Notes under the pieces: model-generated | The model's database searches: none | Told to the model about the DNA's origin: nothing | What the model saw: only the letters and a program-made list of their open reading frames with translations | Program-made: the position numbers and the translations under genes | Source: Myxococcota bacterium | Lineage (GTDB): Bacteria; Myxococcota_C; UBA6777 | Reading direction: 5' to 3' | NCBI GenBank assembly: GCA_023150835.1 | Contig: JAKLKB010000043.1 | Span: 1 to 64,000, forward strand | DNA: 64,000 bases | In this document: piece after piece, positions 1 to 10,596 of the stretch | How positions within the stretch are numbered: the first letter of the stretch is position 1 | Layout of the letters: each line of letters starts with the position of its first letter

Positions 1-202
1 TCCCCCGTGAACAGGGGAGGGAGCGAAAGTCGGAAGCCTCGGGGATTTTGTTTTTTCATGACGCACGCTGTATGCACCAAATGCAGACGCTGCCCGTTCC
101 AACTTCCCCCCGTTGGCCGGGGGGATTGAGGGGGGGAGAACAAAAAAAGGCGATCAAGACCGACTCTACGAGGTTTCCACCTTAACAAGGCGCGTATGGG
201 GC
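1..202 (-). repeat. Family C dispersed repeat (REP-like GC hairpins), truncated by the window edge
   Basis: Reverse complement of 60241-~60470, near-identical apart from a hairpin loop and a 28-bp duplication in the other copy. Confidence 0.9.
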
Positions 203-320
203 TTTGCCCCATGCCCCACAAGGGACTGTCGCCCCTTAACCCCTTTTTGACGAAAAGATCACGGGCTTTTGACGCCAACAACTCTGTCGCTTGAGCGGAT
301 GTGAACACGGAGTTTTTGCC
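197..320 (+). repeat. Family A ~125-bp structured repeat, copy 1
   Basis: TGGGGCTTTGCCCCA hairpin, CAAGGG...CCCCTT, then ...CGCTTGA...GAACACGG-TTTTTG. Confidence 0.8.
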
Positions 321-370
321 AAGCCTGTCACTCGTATCTATCTATACAAAGGAGCGTAGATTGTTTTAGG

Positions 371-2539
371 ATGGCGCACGCGGAACAAGGCAAACACAAG
401 GAACTCCCACTTCCCCCGACAAAACAACCCAATACACCGAAGAAAACGAGGTCGCGGATGAATGCAACACAATCCACACAAGGTTCCTCTCCCGCAAAAA
501 CGACAGAAACGCCCCCTCCCTCCCAAGTCGCAACCAAGGGTCACATCCTTGATGGCCGTTATCGCGTGGTTCGCCACCTTGGTTCGGGTGGGATCGGCGT
601 GGTCTACCAAGTCGAACACATCCTGTCCGGCAAGATGATGGCGCTCAAGGTACTCCACAACCACCTTGTACGCGGTCGCTCCGCTGCAAGAGAAACCTTC
701 CAACAAGAGGTGCGAAAGCTTGCACGGTTATCACACCCCCACACCATCGAGCTTTTCGATTGCGGTATCTTAGAAAATGCCCTATACATCGTGATGGAAT
801 ACTTGCCGGGCTTGGATCTCGAAAAACTGCTAAACACACACGTCCACATCCCTTGGACCTTGGTGCTACAGATCGGCGAACAAGCCTGCGGAGCGCTCCA
901 ACATGCCCACAGCCTCGGCTTTTTCCACCGCAACCTCAAGCCCGCCAACATCATCCTGCTGCACTACCAAGGCGAAGAAAACTTTATCAAAGTCCTTGAC
1001 TTCGGCCTCACGACGGCCATCGAAGCAGCACAGCACCAAGGCGAGGCTCGCCAATTTTTCGCAGACGCCCATTATACCGCCCCCGAAGCACGCGCTGGAG
1101 GAGAGCGTCCCGACGCACAGTCCGACCTTTACAGCCTCGCTGCGATCTTGTACGAAATCACGATCCGACGGCCTTATTGGAAAGATCAAGCAGAAGGGCG
1201 CACCTTTGTCATGGACGGCGAAGACGCCGTACTGCTCAAGCCTTTGCTCGACGCCCTACGCACCGCACTTGACGAAGATCCCACCCATCGCCCTGTTTCT
1301 GCCGAAGAATTCTTACAAAAACTTCTTCAAGTCCAAGAAGCCATCCTCCCGGGTTCTACACAGCATCCCCACGAAGAACCACGCCACAAACCCTTTCAAA
1401 TGCCCGAACCCGCCCAAGAATCTCCCTCTCCCAAAGATGTCCTCTCCCGCCAAGAATGGGAACGTGTCGAACGCGCATGGCGCTGGCGCACACGCAGCCG
1501 GTGGATCGGACTCTTTGCGGTGTTCGCTGCACTTCTCGGATGGTTCGGCTACCGCTCCCACCAAACCAAACAACAAGAAGCCAAAGAAGCGATCCTCTCC
1601 CAACAAGTCCACCACAAAGAACGCGAACCCAACGACAACGCCTTACAAGCCACCAAGATCCCTCTCAACAAATGGGTGCAAGGTAAACTCGGAACCCCCG
1701 ATAACAACGGACAGTCCGATAAAGACTGGTATCGCTTTCGACTCGACCAACCCGAACAGTTTGTATCGTTTCGCCTCGTCCCACCCCCGCTCCTTGATGT
1801 TGAATTCGGTGTCTACCAACTGATCAAAGGCCAGCCGGGACGCTTGCGCACAGAAGTCCAACATCTCGAAGTCCTCCGCAGCAACAACGCCCAACGCGGT
1901 GGCGAAGAAGCCATCCCCGCAACCCGCCTTGCTGCGGGTGATTATTATCTGCTTGTCCGTGAACTCGTGATCACGGGCGAAAAACCCCAACCCAACATCG
2001 GCCCGTACAAACTGATCGTCGAGATCAAACCACCCAAACCCCACCAAGAACGCGAACCCAACGACACCCCCGCTACCGCCACTCCCGCCACCCTCGACAA
2101 AGAACATCTCGGACTTCACGATAACACCCGTGACATCGACTTCTTTCGCATCGACCTCCCTTCCCACGCTGCCGCCGCGAAAAAATGGCAGGACTGCAAA
2201 GATTGTCCCAAACGCCCCCGCCGCTGGTCTTATTACCGCACGGTCTTCAAAGACGCCCCGATCTATCTTCTGCGCTTTTACACCGTCCCCAAAGTCCAAG
2301 CCGAAGTCACCGTCCTCAACACCAAAGTCCAACCCCTCACCGTCCTCGATCACCAATTCCAAGGACTCCCCAAAGAATACAAACCCGCCACCCCCAAAAA
2401 AGGCCAGCCCTCCGAACCCGCTTATGTGCAATACCTTTTTACGGGAGAAGGGACACATTACTTACGCATCGAAACCAAAGACGGCTATCACTACACCCAC
2501 CCCTACCGTTGGAAGATCTTTGAAGTCCCCTTACGCTAA
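371..2539 (+). CDS. Membrane Ser/Thr kinase-like protein (probable pseudokinase) with two extracellular EREPND/PPC-like domains
   Basis: LGSGGIGVVY Gly loop, ALKVL, DFG and APE are present, but the catalytic loop is HRNLKPAN. TM helix WIGLFAVFAALLGWFGY; EREPND...D(W/F)(Y/F)R occurs twice. The start could be 458. Confidence 0.9.
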   Translation: MAHAEQGKHKELPLPPTKQPNTPKKTRSRMNATQSTQGSSPAKTTETPPPSQVATKGHILDGRYRVVRHLGSGGIGVVYQVEHILSGKMMALKVLHNHLVRGRSAARETFQQEVRKLARLSHPHTIELFDCGILENALYIVMEYLPGLDLEKLLNTHVHIPWTLVLQIGEQACGALQHAHSLGFFHRNLKPANIILLHYQGEENFIKVLDFGLTTAIEAAQHQGEARQFFADAHYTAPEARAGGERPDAQSDLYSLAAILYEITIRRPYWKDQAEGRTFVMDGEDAVLLKPLLDALRTALDEDPTHRPVSAEEFLQKLLQVQEAILPGSTQHPHEEPRHKPFQMPEPAQESPSPKDVLSRQEWERVERAWRWRTRSRWIGLFAVFAALLGWFGYRSHQTKQQEAKEAILSQQVHHKEREPNDNALQATKIPLNKWVQGKLGTPDNNGQSDKDWYRFRLDQPEQFVSFRLVPPPLLDVEFGVYQLIKGQPGRLRTEVQHLEVLRSNNAQRGGEEAIPATRLAAGDYYLLVRELVITGEKPQPNIGPYKLIVEIKPPKPHQEREPNDTPATATPATLDKEHLGLHDNTRDIDFFRIDLPSHAAAAKKWQDCKDCPKRPRRWSYYRTVFKDAPIYLLRFYTVPKVQAEVTVLNTKVQPLTVLDHQFQGLPKEYKPATPKKGQPSEPAYVQYLFTGEGTHYLRIETKDGYHYTHPYRWKIFEVPLR

Positions 2540-2546
2540 TCTCGTG

Positions 2547-3488
2547 TTAGGGCTTGATGTCGACACAGACGGAGGGAGGAGGCGGGGGGCAACCGATGGC
2601 GGTGCAGGTGGCGTAATGTTCGCAGCGTTGGCCGCTTTTGCAATCGGCATCGGCTTCACAGCGGCGGGGGTCAGGTTCGACGGGCTTAGCGATACAGTAG
2701 GAGGGACCGCAGTTTTCAGCATCGCAGGGCAGGCTGTAGCAGATCTCGCCTTGAGCGCAGTCGCCGTCTTGAGCGCAAGTCTTGGGAGCGGGCGGATTGG
2801 GAACACAAGCCGAGGGGGGCGGCGGCGGACAGTTGAGTCCTGCGCAAGTCGCGTAATGTTCGCAGCGTTCGCCTTGTGCGCAATCCGCATCGCTGGTGCA
2901 GACCTTGGGTGCGGGGGGTTTGACGACGCAGCGACCTGCGGGTTGGGGCATACAAGGGAAAACTTGTGTGGTGCTATCAGAACTTGTTCCTTGCGCGGGT
3001 GCGCTACCTTCTTTTGCGCCTTGGGTGGGAGTTCCGCCGTCTTGAGTGCCCGGCATGGGATCCATCTCGCAACGCTCGTTTTGTGCGCAATCGCTGTCTT
3101 GGTAGCAAGTGACGGGCGGTGGTTCGACTTGGACAGGTGCGCAACGGCCTTGGATGCGGCGTGTTCCCGTGACGACGCCTGTGTACAAGCAGCGCTCTCC
3201 GCGTCTGCAATCGCTGTCTTTGCTACACACGCTTGGCTGAGGTGGGCGGGGCGGCGGTACGGGCTTGCTTTCGCAATAACCTTCGGCCACTCGGGTACGG
3301 ATCACACAGCCTGCCCCGTTGCACACGGCGGGTTCAGAAGGAGCAAGACGACAGACCTCTGTTCGTTTGCAATCATCATCACTGATGCACTTGATCGGAT
3401 TCACTTTTTCTTCGGGCTGTACCCCGCACCCTGCCAACCCCAAGAAACCCACGGCCATCCAGCCAACAACCCAACGATTCGACAACAT
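2547..3488 (-). CDS. Cys-rich repeat lipoprotein
   Basis: Lipobox GLAGC; six C-x2-D-x-DC-x4-C modules separated by Pro-rich linkers; AAGGA RBS. Confidence 0.85.
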   Translation of the reverse strand: MLSNRWVVGWMAVGFLGLAGCGVQPEEKVNPIKCISDDDCKRTEVCRLAPSEPAVCNGAGCVIRTRVAEGYCESKPVPPPRPPQPSVCSKDSDCRRGERCLYTGVVTGTRRIQGRCAPVQVEPPPVTCYQDSDCAQNERCEMDPMPGTQDGGTPTQGAKEGSAPAQGTSSDSTTQVFPCMPQPAGRCVVKPPAPKVCTSDADCAQGERCEHYATCAGLNCPPPPPSACVPNPPAPKTCAQDGDCAQGEICYSLPCDAENCGPSYCIAKPVEPDPRRCEADADCKSGQRCEHYATCTAIGCPPPPPSVCVDIKP

Positions 3489-3711
3489 ATCCTTTTCTCC
3501 TTGCTTGTGAGCCGACCTCGGCTCGTTTTTTCTTTCGAGAGAGCCTTAGGGCAAAAGCAAGGCCAAGTGCCGCGATCCACAAAAAACTCTTTCCTCCCAA
3601 ATCGTTGCTCGAAAGATCACACGATCTTTTTGCGCCTCCCCCCCTCCAAAAACTCTCACTCGCCTCAGTTTCTTGAGAGGAGAATTTGAGGGTGTATCTT
3701 TTTACATACAA

Positions 3712-5388
3712 TTAGATCGAGATCTTCATCTGCCCACGTCCAGCGCGTCCTGCGATCCAATGGACGGTGATCTCGCCTGTTCCATAAAGCCACCATTCGG
3801 CGAGATCGCGTTGTCCGCGAGCGGGGAGGCTCGCATAGAGCTGATGGCGTGCTTCATTGACGCGACTTTGTCCCCATCCATCGAGATGATGAAGGCTCTG
3901 TTCGAGCGGTGAGCGCAACGAACGTGCAGACTCGGGCATCTGCAAACGGACGCTGACGCCCGGGCTTGCGCCGATATCTTCGCCGCGTTGGAGCGCGGAA
4001 GTAGGCAGAAAGCCGCGATTTTCAAGGATCACTTGGAGGTGCTTGAGTTCGCCTTCGGAGTGGAGACGGGTTTCGAGATGGATCTGAGGGAGAGCTTTTC
4101 GCAAACGCTCGGCCATCCGATATCCGCGATCGCACTCGCGTTGGAGTAAGGCTTCGGGAGGATTGCGGATCGTGCGCATGTAGTCGATCCCGCCGATCTC
4201 GACGGGGCCAAGTTGAGGGTGGTCAAAAGGGTCCCAAGGACGGACGGCTTGGGGATCTTGGCTAAAGTGTTCGATCACGGGGCGCAATTTCTCGGGTTCA
4301 GGTTGGCGGAAAAAAGCAGCTGGTTGGGCGAGATCGATGCCTGCTTCTTTGAAGGGATCCCAAAATTCGACGGTGTATCCCGGGACACCAAAGATCACGG
4401 TCATCGTGTCGGACCACACCCCTGTTGTGGGCCGTTTGGGATCGTACATAAAGTCTGGATACACGCGAATCACCCGATAATCGGTGCCTTGGGTGGCATC
4501 TTTGGCGAGTTCTTCCATCAAGCGGATATCGTCTTCTTTGAGCGGAGAGTCTTGGCGGTAGGGTTGGGTCAGGATGCAGCCTGTATAGGTGTGAAAGGTC
4601 AAACCTCCGCAGATCGAGGGAAACCGAGCAAAAGTATCAACGACTGCGCGGCTTTCTTGCTCGCTCAGGGCGTAAGAGCCTGCGTCCATGCCAAACATCG
4701 ATGTCGGCATCCAATGGCCCGGGAAATTCCGATTGAGATCGATCCCGTGACGCAGCGGGGCAGCGCTCCAACAAACTCCATCCCAGTTAAGAAAGTGTCC
4801 CTCACTACAGAAGAAAAAGGCATCTTCGGGATCATCATCCAGCGTGCGATGACGCATCCACATCGGCAGCGTCGGATCGATCACAAAAGGCCCAGCAGGG
4901 TGCTTCCAACGCATCCAACGCACGACGCCATCTTTGTCGAGGTCGCTAGGTTCGAGTCCAACGCGGCTTTCGCCTTCTTTGGGAGGGCGCAAAGAAGAGC
5001 GCAAGTAGGGTGCGCCTTCGTGCAAGGCTTGGTATCCATCAGGGCTGATGCAAGGCATCACCAAGATCCGTTGATGCGCAAGCCATCGCGCCAGCGTTTC
5101 GTCGCCATCTCGGAGCCGTTCGATCCACCGAGACACCGTATACAAAGCCGCGCTAATGCCCGTCCATTCGGAGGCATGGGTTCCAGCGTCCAACCAAAGC
5201 GACGGCCCTTCGTCCGTCTGTGCTTGTTGTCCACCGATCTGCAAAAGCCAGATCGCTCGTTCTTCTCGGGTACGCCCGACTTCTTCAAGGCGAACCCACG
5301 CGGGGAATTCTTGCGCGAGTTGTCGGCACCATGCTTCGACCGCAGGATAATCAAGATATCGTTCAGCGCGATAAGGACTCCAAGACAC
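3712..5388 (-). CDS. M14 family zinc carboxypeptidase
   Basis: HASE zinc motif, ISPDG, DLNRNF, FHTY. Confidence 0.9.
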   Translation of the reverse strand: MSWSPYRAERYLDYPAVEAWCRQLAQEFPAWVRLEEVGRTREERAIWLLQIGGQQAQTDEGPSLWLDAGTHASEWTGISAALYTVSRWIERLRDGDETLARWLAHQRILVMPCISPDGYQALHEGAPYLRSSLRPPKEGESRVGLEPSDLDKDGVVRWMRWKHPAGPFVIDPTLPMWMRHRTLDDDPEDAFFFCSEGHFLNWDGVCWSAAPLRHGIDLNRNFPGHWMPTSMFGMDAGSYALSEQESRAVVDTFARFPSICGGLTFHTYTGCILTQPYRQDSPLKEDDIRLMEELAKDATQGTDYRVIRVYPDFMYDPKRPTTGVWSDTMTVIFGVPGYTVEFWDPFKEAGIDLAQPAAFFRQPEPEKLRPVIEHFSQDPQAVRPWDPFDHPQLGPVEIGGIDYMRTIRNPPEALLQRECDRGYRMAERLRKALPQIHLETRLHSEGELKHLQVILENRGFLPTSALQRGEDIGASPGVSVRLQMPESARSLRSPLEQSLHHLDGWGQSRVNEARHQLYASLPARGQRDLAEWWLYGTGEITVHWIAGRAGRGQMKISI

Positions 5389-5440
5389 GGCAGATCTCTC
5401 CTTTTCTTATTTCTCTCGGATGTATGACCCTACTCACAGA

Positions 5441-6850
5441 TCAGTCTGCTCCTCGCAAAGACGGCGCAGGTACGCCCTCAAAAGCAGGAACATCCGCAAG
5501 GATCTCAGAAAACATCTCTTGCAAGATCCGCTGAACCAGCGTGGGGTCCACGATCTCGCTACAGATCCCCGCGCTGATCGTCATTTGTTGATCATAACCG
5601 CTGATCGCGGGGGCAAAATGGGGAGCGTAGATCACACTTGCCGTCAGAAAAGCGTTGCGTACCGTAGGACCGCCCAGATCGAGTGCCGCAGGTTCGATCT
5701 GGCCCATATTGGTCATGGTCGGCGGAAGCAAAGCGTCCGCCAGTCGGAAGGTATAGCGAAATACCATGCGGCTCAGTGCGTACGGCAAATAACGCAAGAG
5801 AGGAACCATCAAAAGGATATCACCCGCCCCGATATAAGACTGTTTTTGTTCTTCGACTTGCTTGTGGATCACCGCGAGAGTTCGGGAAAAATCACTTGTG
5901 ATATCCTCGTGAGAAGGCAGCTTTGCGCCAAAGAAGTTGGAGAGGTTGCACAACGCCTCGGCTTGACGGCTTGGGAGATAACGGCGAAGATCCACCGTCG
6001 CCATCACACGCAACGGAGTTCGCGGATCAGTAGGAGCCAAGACGCGATACCAAGCCCGTAGATAGGCCGTCATCAACATATCATTCATGGTCGCATCGTG
6101 CATCCGCGCATAACGCTGAAGCACAGCCACTTCTTGCGGGCTGAAGTGGCGCAAGATGTAAGTGCGTTCGGTGTTGGGTAAACGCGCCCGAAAAGGCAGC
6201 CGCAGGTTGCGTGGGGGCCAAAAGCGTTGTGACAGATCGCGCCAAGCACGCCGAAGGCGAGGGAAAAAGTCGCGCCATCCGAATCGTTCAAGGATCTGAT
6301 CGACCTCGCGGCGACCGTGAAGATTCACAGGCAAGACAAAAGCAGGATCATCCGCCAGTTTTTTATAAGCATGCGCCAACAAGGAGGCGTATTGTTTGAG
6401 CGCACCGCCGTCTGCGTTGAGGTGATGGACTTTCAGGCAAAGAGTGTCGCCCTGATCATGTCGGAAGATCCGCGCTTGCACGATCGGATCGACGCAAGGG
6501 TCGGTGGGACGACAAAGATAGCGATCGAGATCGCCGTCGCGATCCTTGGTTTCCACAAGATCGCAAAGCTCCAACGTATCGAGATCCTCACGCCGTTCCC
6601 AGTATGGTCGCCATACACTCGCCACAAAACGGCATCCCAGCACAGGTTCCGCATCCATCGTCAAACGGATCGCACGCCGCATCCGCAACAGATCCAACGA
6701 CTCCTCCACATCCACCACACAATGGACTTGAAGATCGCCGAGAAATTCGTACATCAAAAAAACGACTTTATCGAAAGTGACCGAGGGTAGGCGCTTTGGA
6801 ATAGCCGTTGCGCTCTCTGAGGCAGAGGAAGAAAACAAAGGTCGAGTCAT
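5441..6850 (-). CDS. Stand-alone condensation-domain / acyltransferase protein
   Basis: HHLNADG (HHxxxDG) motif, TMND, VDLRRYL, TNMG. Start set at ATG 6850 because the longer ORF to 7135 runs through repeat A. Confidence 0.85.
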   Translation of the reverse strand: MTRPLFSSSASESATAIPKRLPSVTFDKVVFLMYEFLGDLQVHCVVDVEESLDLLRMRRAIRLTMDAEPVLGCRFVASVWRPYWERREDLDTLELCDLVETKDRDGDLDRYLCRPTDPCVDPIVQARIFRHDQGDTLCLKVHHLNADGGALKQYASLLAHAYKKLADDPAFVLPVNLHGRREVDQILERFGWRDFFPRLRRAWRDLSQRFWPPRNLRLPFRARLPNTERTYILRHFSPQEVAVLQRYARMHDATMNDMLMTAYLRAWYRVLAPTDPRTPLRVMATVDLRRYLPSRQAEALCNLSNFFGAKLPSHEDITSDFSRTLAVIHKQVEEQKQSYIGAGDILLMVPLLRYLPYALSRMVFRYTFRLADALLPPTMTNMGQIEPAALDLGGPTVRNAFLTASVIYAPHFAPAISGYDQQMTISAGICSEIVDPTLVQRILQEMFSEILADVPAFEGVPAPSLRGAD

Positions 6851-6959
6851 CACAAACCCCACAACGAAACGCACAAACAAGCAAGCGCCCGCAGCATAGC
6901 GCACGCCTCTACAGGCGACAAGGGCAAGACACAGAAACATCGCAAAGAAACGCTCCCGA

Positions 6960-7085
6960 CAAAACCCCCGTGTTCGCGCCCTTCCACGCGGCGCAGGCGT
7001 CTGATTGAAAAACCTGCGTTCACCCCGCCGATACGGGGTCAAGGGAGCCGCGCTAAGGCAGTGGGGTGTGGGGTGACACCCCACA
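6960..7085 (-). repeat. Family A repeat, copy 2
   Basis: GTGGGGTGTCACCCCAC hairpin, CCCTTGACCCCG, TTTTTCAA, GCGAACACGGGGGTTTTG. Confidence 0.85.
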
Positions 7086-7145
7086 AAAACAAACCCACCC
7101 ACAAAAGTCTCATCGATATGATAAAAACGTCGCAAAGAAACGCGA

Positions 7146-7174
7146 TTGACACCCCTGATGCGCCTTGGTAGGCT
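7146..7174 (+). promoter_or_regulatory. Sigma70-type promoter upstream of the OPT transporter
   Basis: TTGACA-17 bp-TAGGCT, about 125 bp upstream of ATG 7300. Confidence 0.55.
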
Positions 7175-7299
7175 ACGCGCCTCGCTTTGCAGCGACTCTT
7201 TCTACGCGGCGTGTACCGCGAACAAGGCCCGTCTACCCGATGGGATCTCTTGCGTTGCCCCCTGCTTCACCCTTTCTTCAACCTTACGGAGTCAAGTGA

Positions 7300-9201
7300 A
7301 TGGCGTTGAAACATCTAACCGACGAACAGATCCGTGATTGGACGGTCGAACAAAAAGACCGCTGGTGGCTAGAAAATGTCTATCGTGGGGATATGCCCCA
7401 ATTGACGCTGCGATCGGCCTTATCGGGCATGTTGATCGGTGGAGCGTTGTCCCTCACCAACCTCTACGTCGGGATGAAAACAGGGTGGACTTTGGGCGTG
7501 GGGATCACGTCGGTGATTATCGCATTTGCGATGTTCAAGGTCTTGGCTTCGGTCGGTATGGCCGACGAGTTTACGGTGCTAGAAAACAACTGTATGCAGT
7601 CGATCGCGACGGCTGCGGGCTATATGACTTCGCCCCTGATCGCCAGTCTTGCGGCTTATATGATCATCACCAACCGCGTGATCCCGATGGGAACGACGAT
7701 GCTGTGGATGATCTCGCTCGCTCTGCTGGGTGTACTCTTTGCGTTTCCGCTCAAGCGGCGCTTTATCAACGATGAGCAACACCCTTTCCCTGAAGGCCGT
7801 GCTGCGGGCGTTGTGATGGACGCTTTGCATACCAGCGACGCCAAAGAAGGCATCTTTAAGGCCAAGATCCTCGTCTATGGTGGCGGTCTTGCCGCGCTGC
7901 TTGAACTGCTCAAACAAGACCATCTACTCGACAAGATCAAACTGGGGTTTCTAGCGATCCCACACAGCCTTGAAGCCGGGCTTTACCGCTTGATGGGATG
8001 GACACCCAAGATCGGCGGAGTTCCGCTGCAACAGCTCACCATCACAATTGAACCCGATCACGTCATGGTCGCAGCAGGCGGACTGATGGGCATCCGCACA
8101 GGTGTATCGCTCCTGCTTGGTGCGATCTTTAACTATTTCGTCCTTGCCCCTTGGATGATCAACCACGGGGATATCCTCGGAAACGTCAACGCCAGCGGCG
8201 CAGCGGTCTTTGGCTTTCGCCCGATCACGACGTGGGCTTTGTGGTGTGGTGTCGCGATGATGACCACCGCCAGTTTGTTCGCTTTCCTTAGCAAGCCCGG
8301 GATGTTGCTGAATTCCTTTGCGAGCCTTTTTCGCAAAAAAGACGATAGCAAAGATATCCTCGGACACATCGAACTCCCGATGTCCGTCTTTCTCTTTGGT
8401 ATCCCCTTGGTCGGAAGCGTGGTCGTGTTGCTGGCGTGGTACTTTTTCCACGTGCCGATCTGGCTGGGTGCGCTGGCGATCCCGATGGTCTTTGTCTTTA
8501 CGATCATCGCGGCCCATTCGACCGCACTGACCGCGATCACACCCACAGGCGCGCTCGGAAAGCTTACCCAACTCACCTACGCTGCACTCACTCCGAGCAT
8601 CACCACCAACGTCATGACCGCAAGCATCACAGGCGAAGTCGCCGGCAATGCCTCGAACTTGTTGATGGATATCAAACCGGGCTATATGCTCGGCGGAAAG
8701 CCCCGTCATCAGGCGCTCGGACACGTCTTGGGCATCATCGCTGGTGCGATCGTCTGTGTGCCGATCTTTTACATCGCCTTTTTGCGCAACAATCCTTCGG
8801 GCCTGATCTCTTCGGAGTATCCGATGCCGGGCGCGACCATCTGGAAAGCCGTCGCCGAGATCTTGACTCGCGGCATCTCCGAACTCCCCCTGACGGCTGT
8901 CTATGCCGCTTTGATCGGTGCCATCCTCGGGATCGCCCTCGAAGCCATCAAAGTCCTCAGCAAAGGCCGCTTCCCGATCTCTGCGGTGGGCCTTGGACTT
9001 GCGTTTGTCATCCCTTTTAACACCTGCTTTGCCATGTTTCTTGGCTCTTTCCTCTTTTGGCTCGCCGAAAAATCCTTTCAACGCGAAGACTCCTTTGCAC
9101 ACCGCGTCTTTGTGCAAAACCTCGAACCTGTCGCGGCTGGCGTGATCGCTGGTGGTGCCTTGATGGGCATCTTGATCGCCGTCCTCACCGCTGCTTTCTA
9201 A
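7300..9201 (+). CDS. OPT family oligopeptide transporter
   Basis: QLTLR, NLYVGMKTG, LENNCMQSIATAAG, PFPEG, DIKPGYMLGGKPR; many TM helices. Confidence 0.95.
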   Translation: MALKHLTDEQIRDWTVEQKDRWWLENVYRGDMPQLTLRSALSGMLIGGALSLTNLYVGMKTGWTLGVGITSVIIAFAMFKVLASVGMADEFTVLENNCMQSIATAAGYMTSPLIASLAAYMIITNRVIPMGTTMLWMISLALLGVLFAFPLKRRFINDEQHPFPEGRAAGVVMDALHTSDAKEGIFKAKILVYGGGLAALLELLKQDHLLDKIKLGFLAIPHSLEAGLYRLMGWTPKIGGVPLQQLTITIEPDHVMVAAGGLMGIRTGVSLLLGAIFNYFVLAPWMINHGDILGNVNASGAAVFGFRPITTWALWCGVAMMTTASLFAFLSKPGMLLNSFASLFRKKDDSKDILGHIELPMSVFLFGIPLVGSVVVLLAWYFFHVPIWLGALAIPMVFVFTIIAAHSTALTAITPTGALGKLTQLTYAALTPSITTNVMTASITGEVAGNASNLLMDIKPGYMLGGKPRHQALGHVLGIIAGAIVCVPIFYIAFLRNNPSGLISSEYPMPGATIWKAVAEILTRGISELPLTAVYAALIGAILGIALEAIKVLSKGRFPISAVGLGLAFVIPFNTCFAMFLGSFLFWLAEKSFQREDSFAHRVFVQNLEPVAAGVIAGGALMGILIAVLTAAF

Positions 9202-9225
9202 TCCACGCTGAAAGGAACCCACACC

Positions 9226-10407
9226 ATGCACAAAAAACGCTCTGCCCCACTGTCTCTACTCTTTGCCGCCTCCGTGGCTTTCTTCACCGCTGCTTGTCGT
9301 CCGCCCTTGCCGACCACCCAAGAAGACCTCGCCGATTACATCCTCTACGGCAGCCAAGGCGGAAAAGTCCGCAAACTCGACGAAACAGCCCAAGCCTACG
9401 CCGACAAAGTCCTCCGCCTGTATTTTCAACTCAAAAACGCCCAACAACCCATGCTCGCCCTCGCCGACCCCAAAGAACTCTGGCCCCTCCAAAACAAAGA
9501 CAACGGCAACGCAACACCTCGCAAGAAAGCTCCCAAAAAGCCCACAGCATGGCAAACAAAGCAACCCCAAAAACGCCTCAAGCTGATCCAAACATGGCTC
9601 GAAGACGCTTCCTCCATCGAATCGGGCCTTGCCTTGCGCGCTGGACTCCAAAAGCTCCTTGCCTCCGCGTCCTCTCTCCCCTCCCTGCGTGAACAAGCAC
9701 AAAAACTCCTCCACCAAACCACCCAACGCGCCCAACTACGCGCCCAATTACAAACGCTCTTGACTTCCCCACCCTCCCTGCCAAGCCTCGCCAAATCTCC
9801 CCAAATCCCCCTCAGCCAACGCCTCCAACAAGCCCTGTTCCAAGAACTCGATCAGCGCGAACAATCCGCCCGTTTGATCGCAAATACTCACCTCCACATC
9901 CTCCAAAAAGCCGTCGCCAAAGCGGATTACATCAAAAGCCCTCTCGCTCAAGCCGATTGGACCCAAACCCACAACAGCCTTCTCCAACTCCAACAAACCG
10001 AGATCACCGCTCTACGAAGCACCTTGATCTCGCAAAAAACCACCCGAGACAGCGCACTCCAACGCAAAAAACAACTCCGCAGCGCTGGACTCTCCGACGA
10101 ATCCTCTTGGCGTTCTTATCTCCGACTTGAATTAGAAGTCCATTACTACGACGCTCTCATCCAAAAAGCTGAAGCTCGCCTCCAAACTTCACCCGCCTCA
10201 CCAACCAAAACCACCCCTCCAACCAAAACCACCCCTCCAACCAAAACCACCCCTCCAACCAAAACCACCCCTCCAACCAAAACCACCCCTGCGCCGATCC
10301 CTGTGCGCCCTCGGCCTGCTTCGCAACCCTCCACCGCACGCCCACAACCGGCCTCTCAACCCACACCCGCACGCCCGCAACCTGCCTCCCGCCCCACACC
10401 ACGCTAA
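9226..10407 (+). CDS. Hypothetical helical lipoprotein with Pro/Thr-rich tail
   Basis: AAGGA RBS, signal peptide ending TAAC, C-terminal PTKTTP repeats. Confidence 0.7.
   Translation: MHKKRSAPLSLLFAASVAFFTAACRPPLPTTQEDLADYILYGSQGGKVRKLDETAQAYADKVLRLYFQLKNAQQPMLALADPKELWPLQNKDNGNATPRKKAPKKPTAWQTKQPQKRLKLIQTWLEDASSIESGLALRAGLQKLLASASSLPSLREQAQKLLHQTTQRAQLRAQLQTLLTSPPSLPSLAKSPQIPLSQRLQQALFQELDQREQSARLIANTHLHILQKAVAKADYIKSPLAQADWTQTHNSLLQLQQTEITALRSTLISQKTTRDSALQRKKQLRSAGLSDESSWRSYLRLELEVHYYDALIQKAEARLQTSPASPTKTTPPTKTTPPTKTTPPTKTTPPTKTTPAPIPVRPRPASQPSTARPQPASQPTPARPQPASRPTPR
10201..10290 (+). repeat. 18-bp coding tandem repeat x5 (PTKTTP)
   Basis: CCAACCAAAACCACCCCT repeated five times. Confidence 0.95.
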
Positions 10408-10462
10408 GCCATCCTCCTCGCGAAAAAGTACTTCGATAGGACTTACACAGTCGGATGAGGTG

Positions 10463-10590
10463 GTGGGGTTTCACCCCACACCCCACAAGGGAGCGCCGCC
10501 CCCTTGACCCCGAATTGGCGGGACGAGCGATGGTGTTTCAAACAAACAGCAGTGCCGCTTGAAATGCCGCGAACACGGCTTTTTTTGGCA
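10463..10590 (+). repeat. Family A repeat, copy 3
   Basis: GTGGGGTTTCACCCCAC, CAAGGG..CCCTTG, TTTCAA-N17-TTGAAA, GCGAACACGGCTTTTTT. Confidence 0.9.
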
Positions 10591-10596
10591 ACTGCG

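Noticed and set aside
6851-7135. N-terminal extensions of the condensation protein and of 56742-59021
   Set aside because: They consist of repeat A and intergenic DNA. Better starts exist at 6850 and 58691 (the latter with GGAGG), and no convincing upstream RBS was seen.
10463-10590. Family A repeats as attC sites or tRNA-like genes
   Set aside because: No AAC/GTT core with a single long stem and no tRNA cloverleaf or T-loop; they lie among ordinary chromosomal genes in both orientations.
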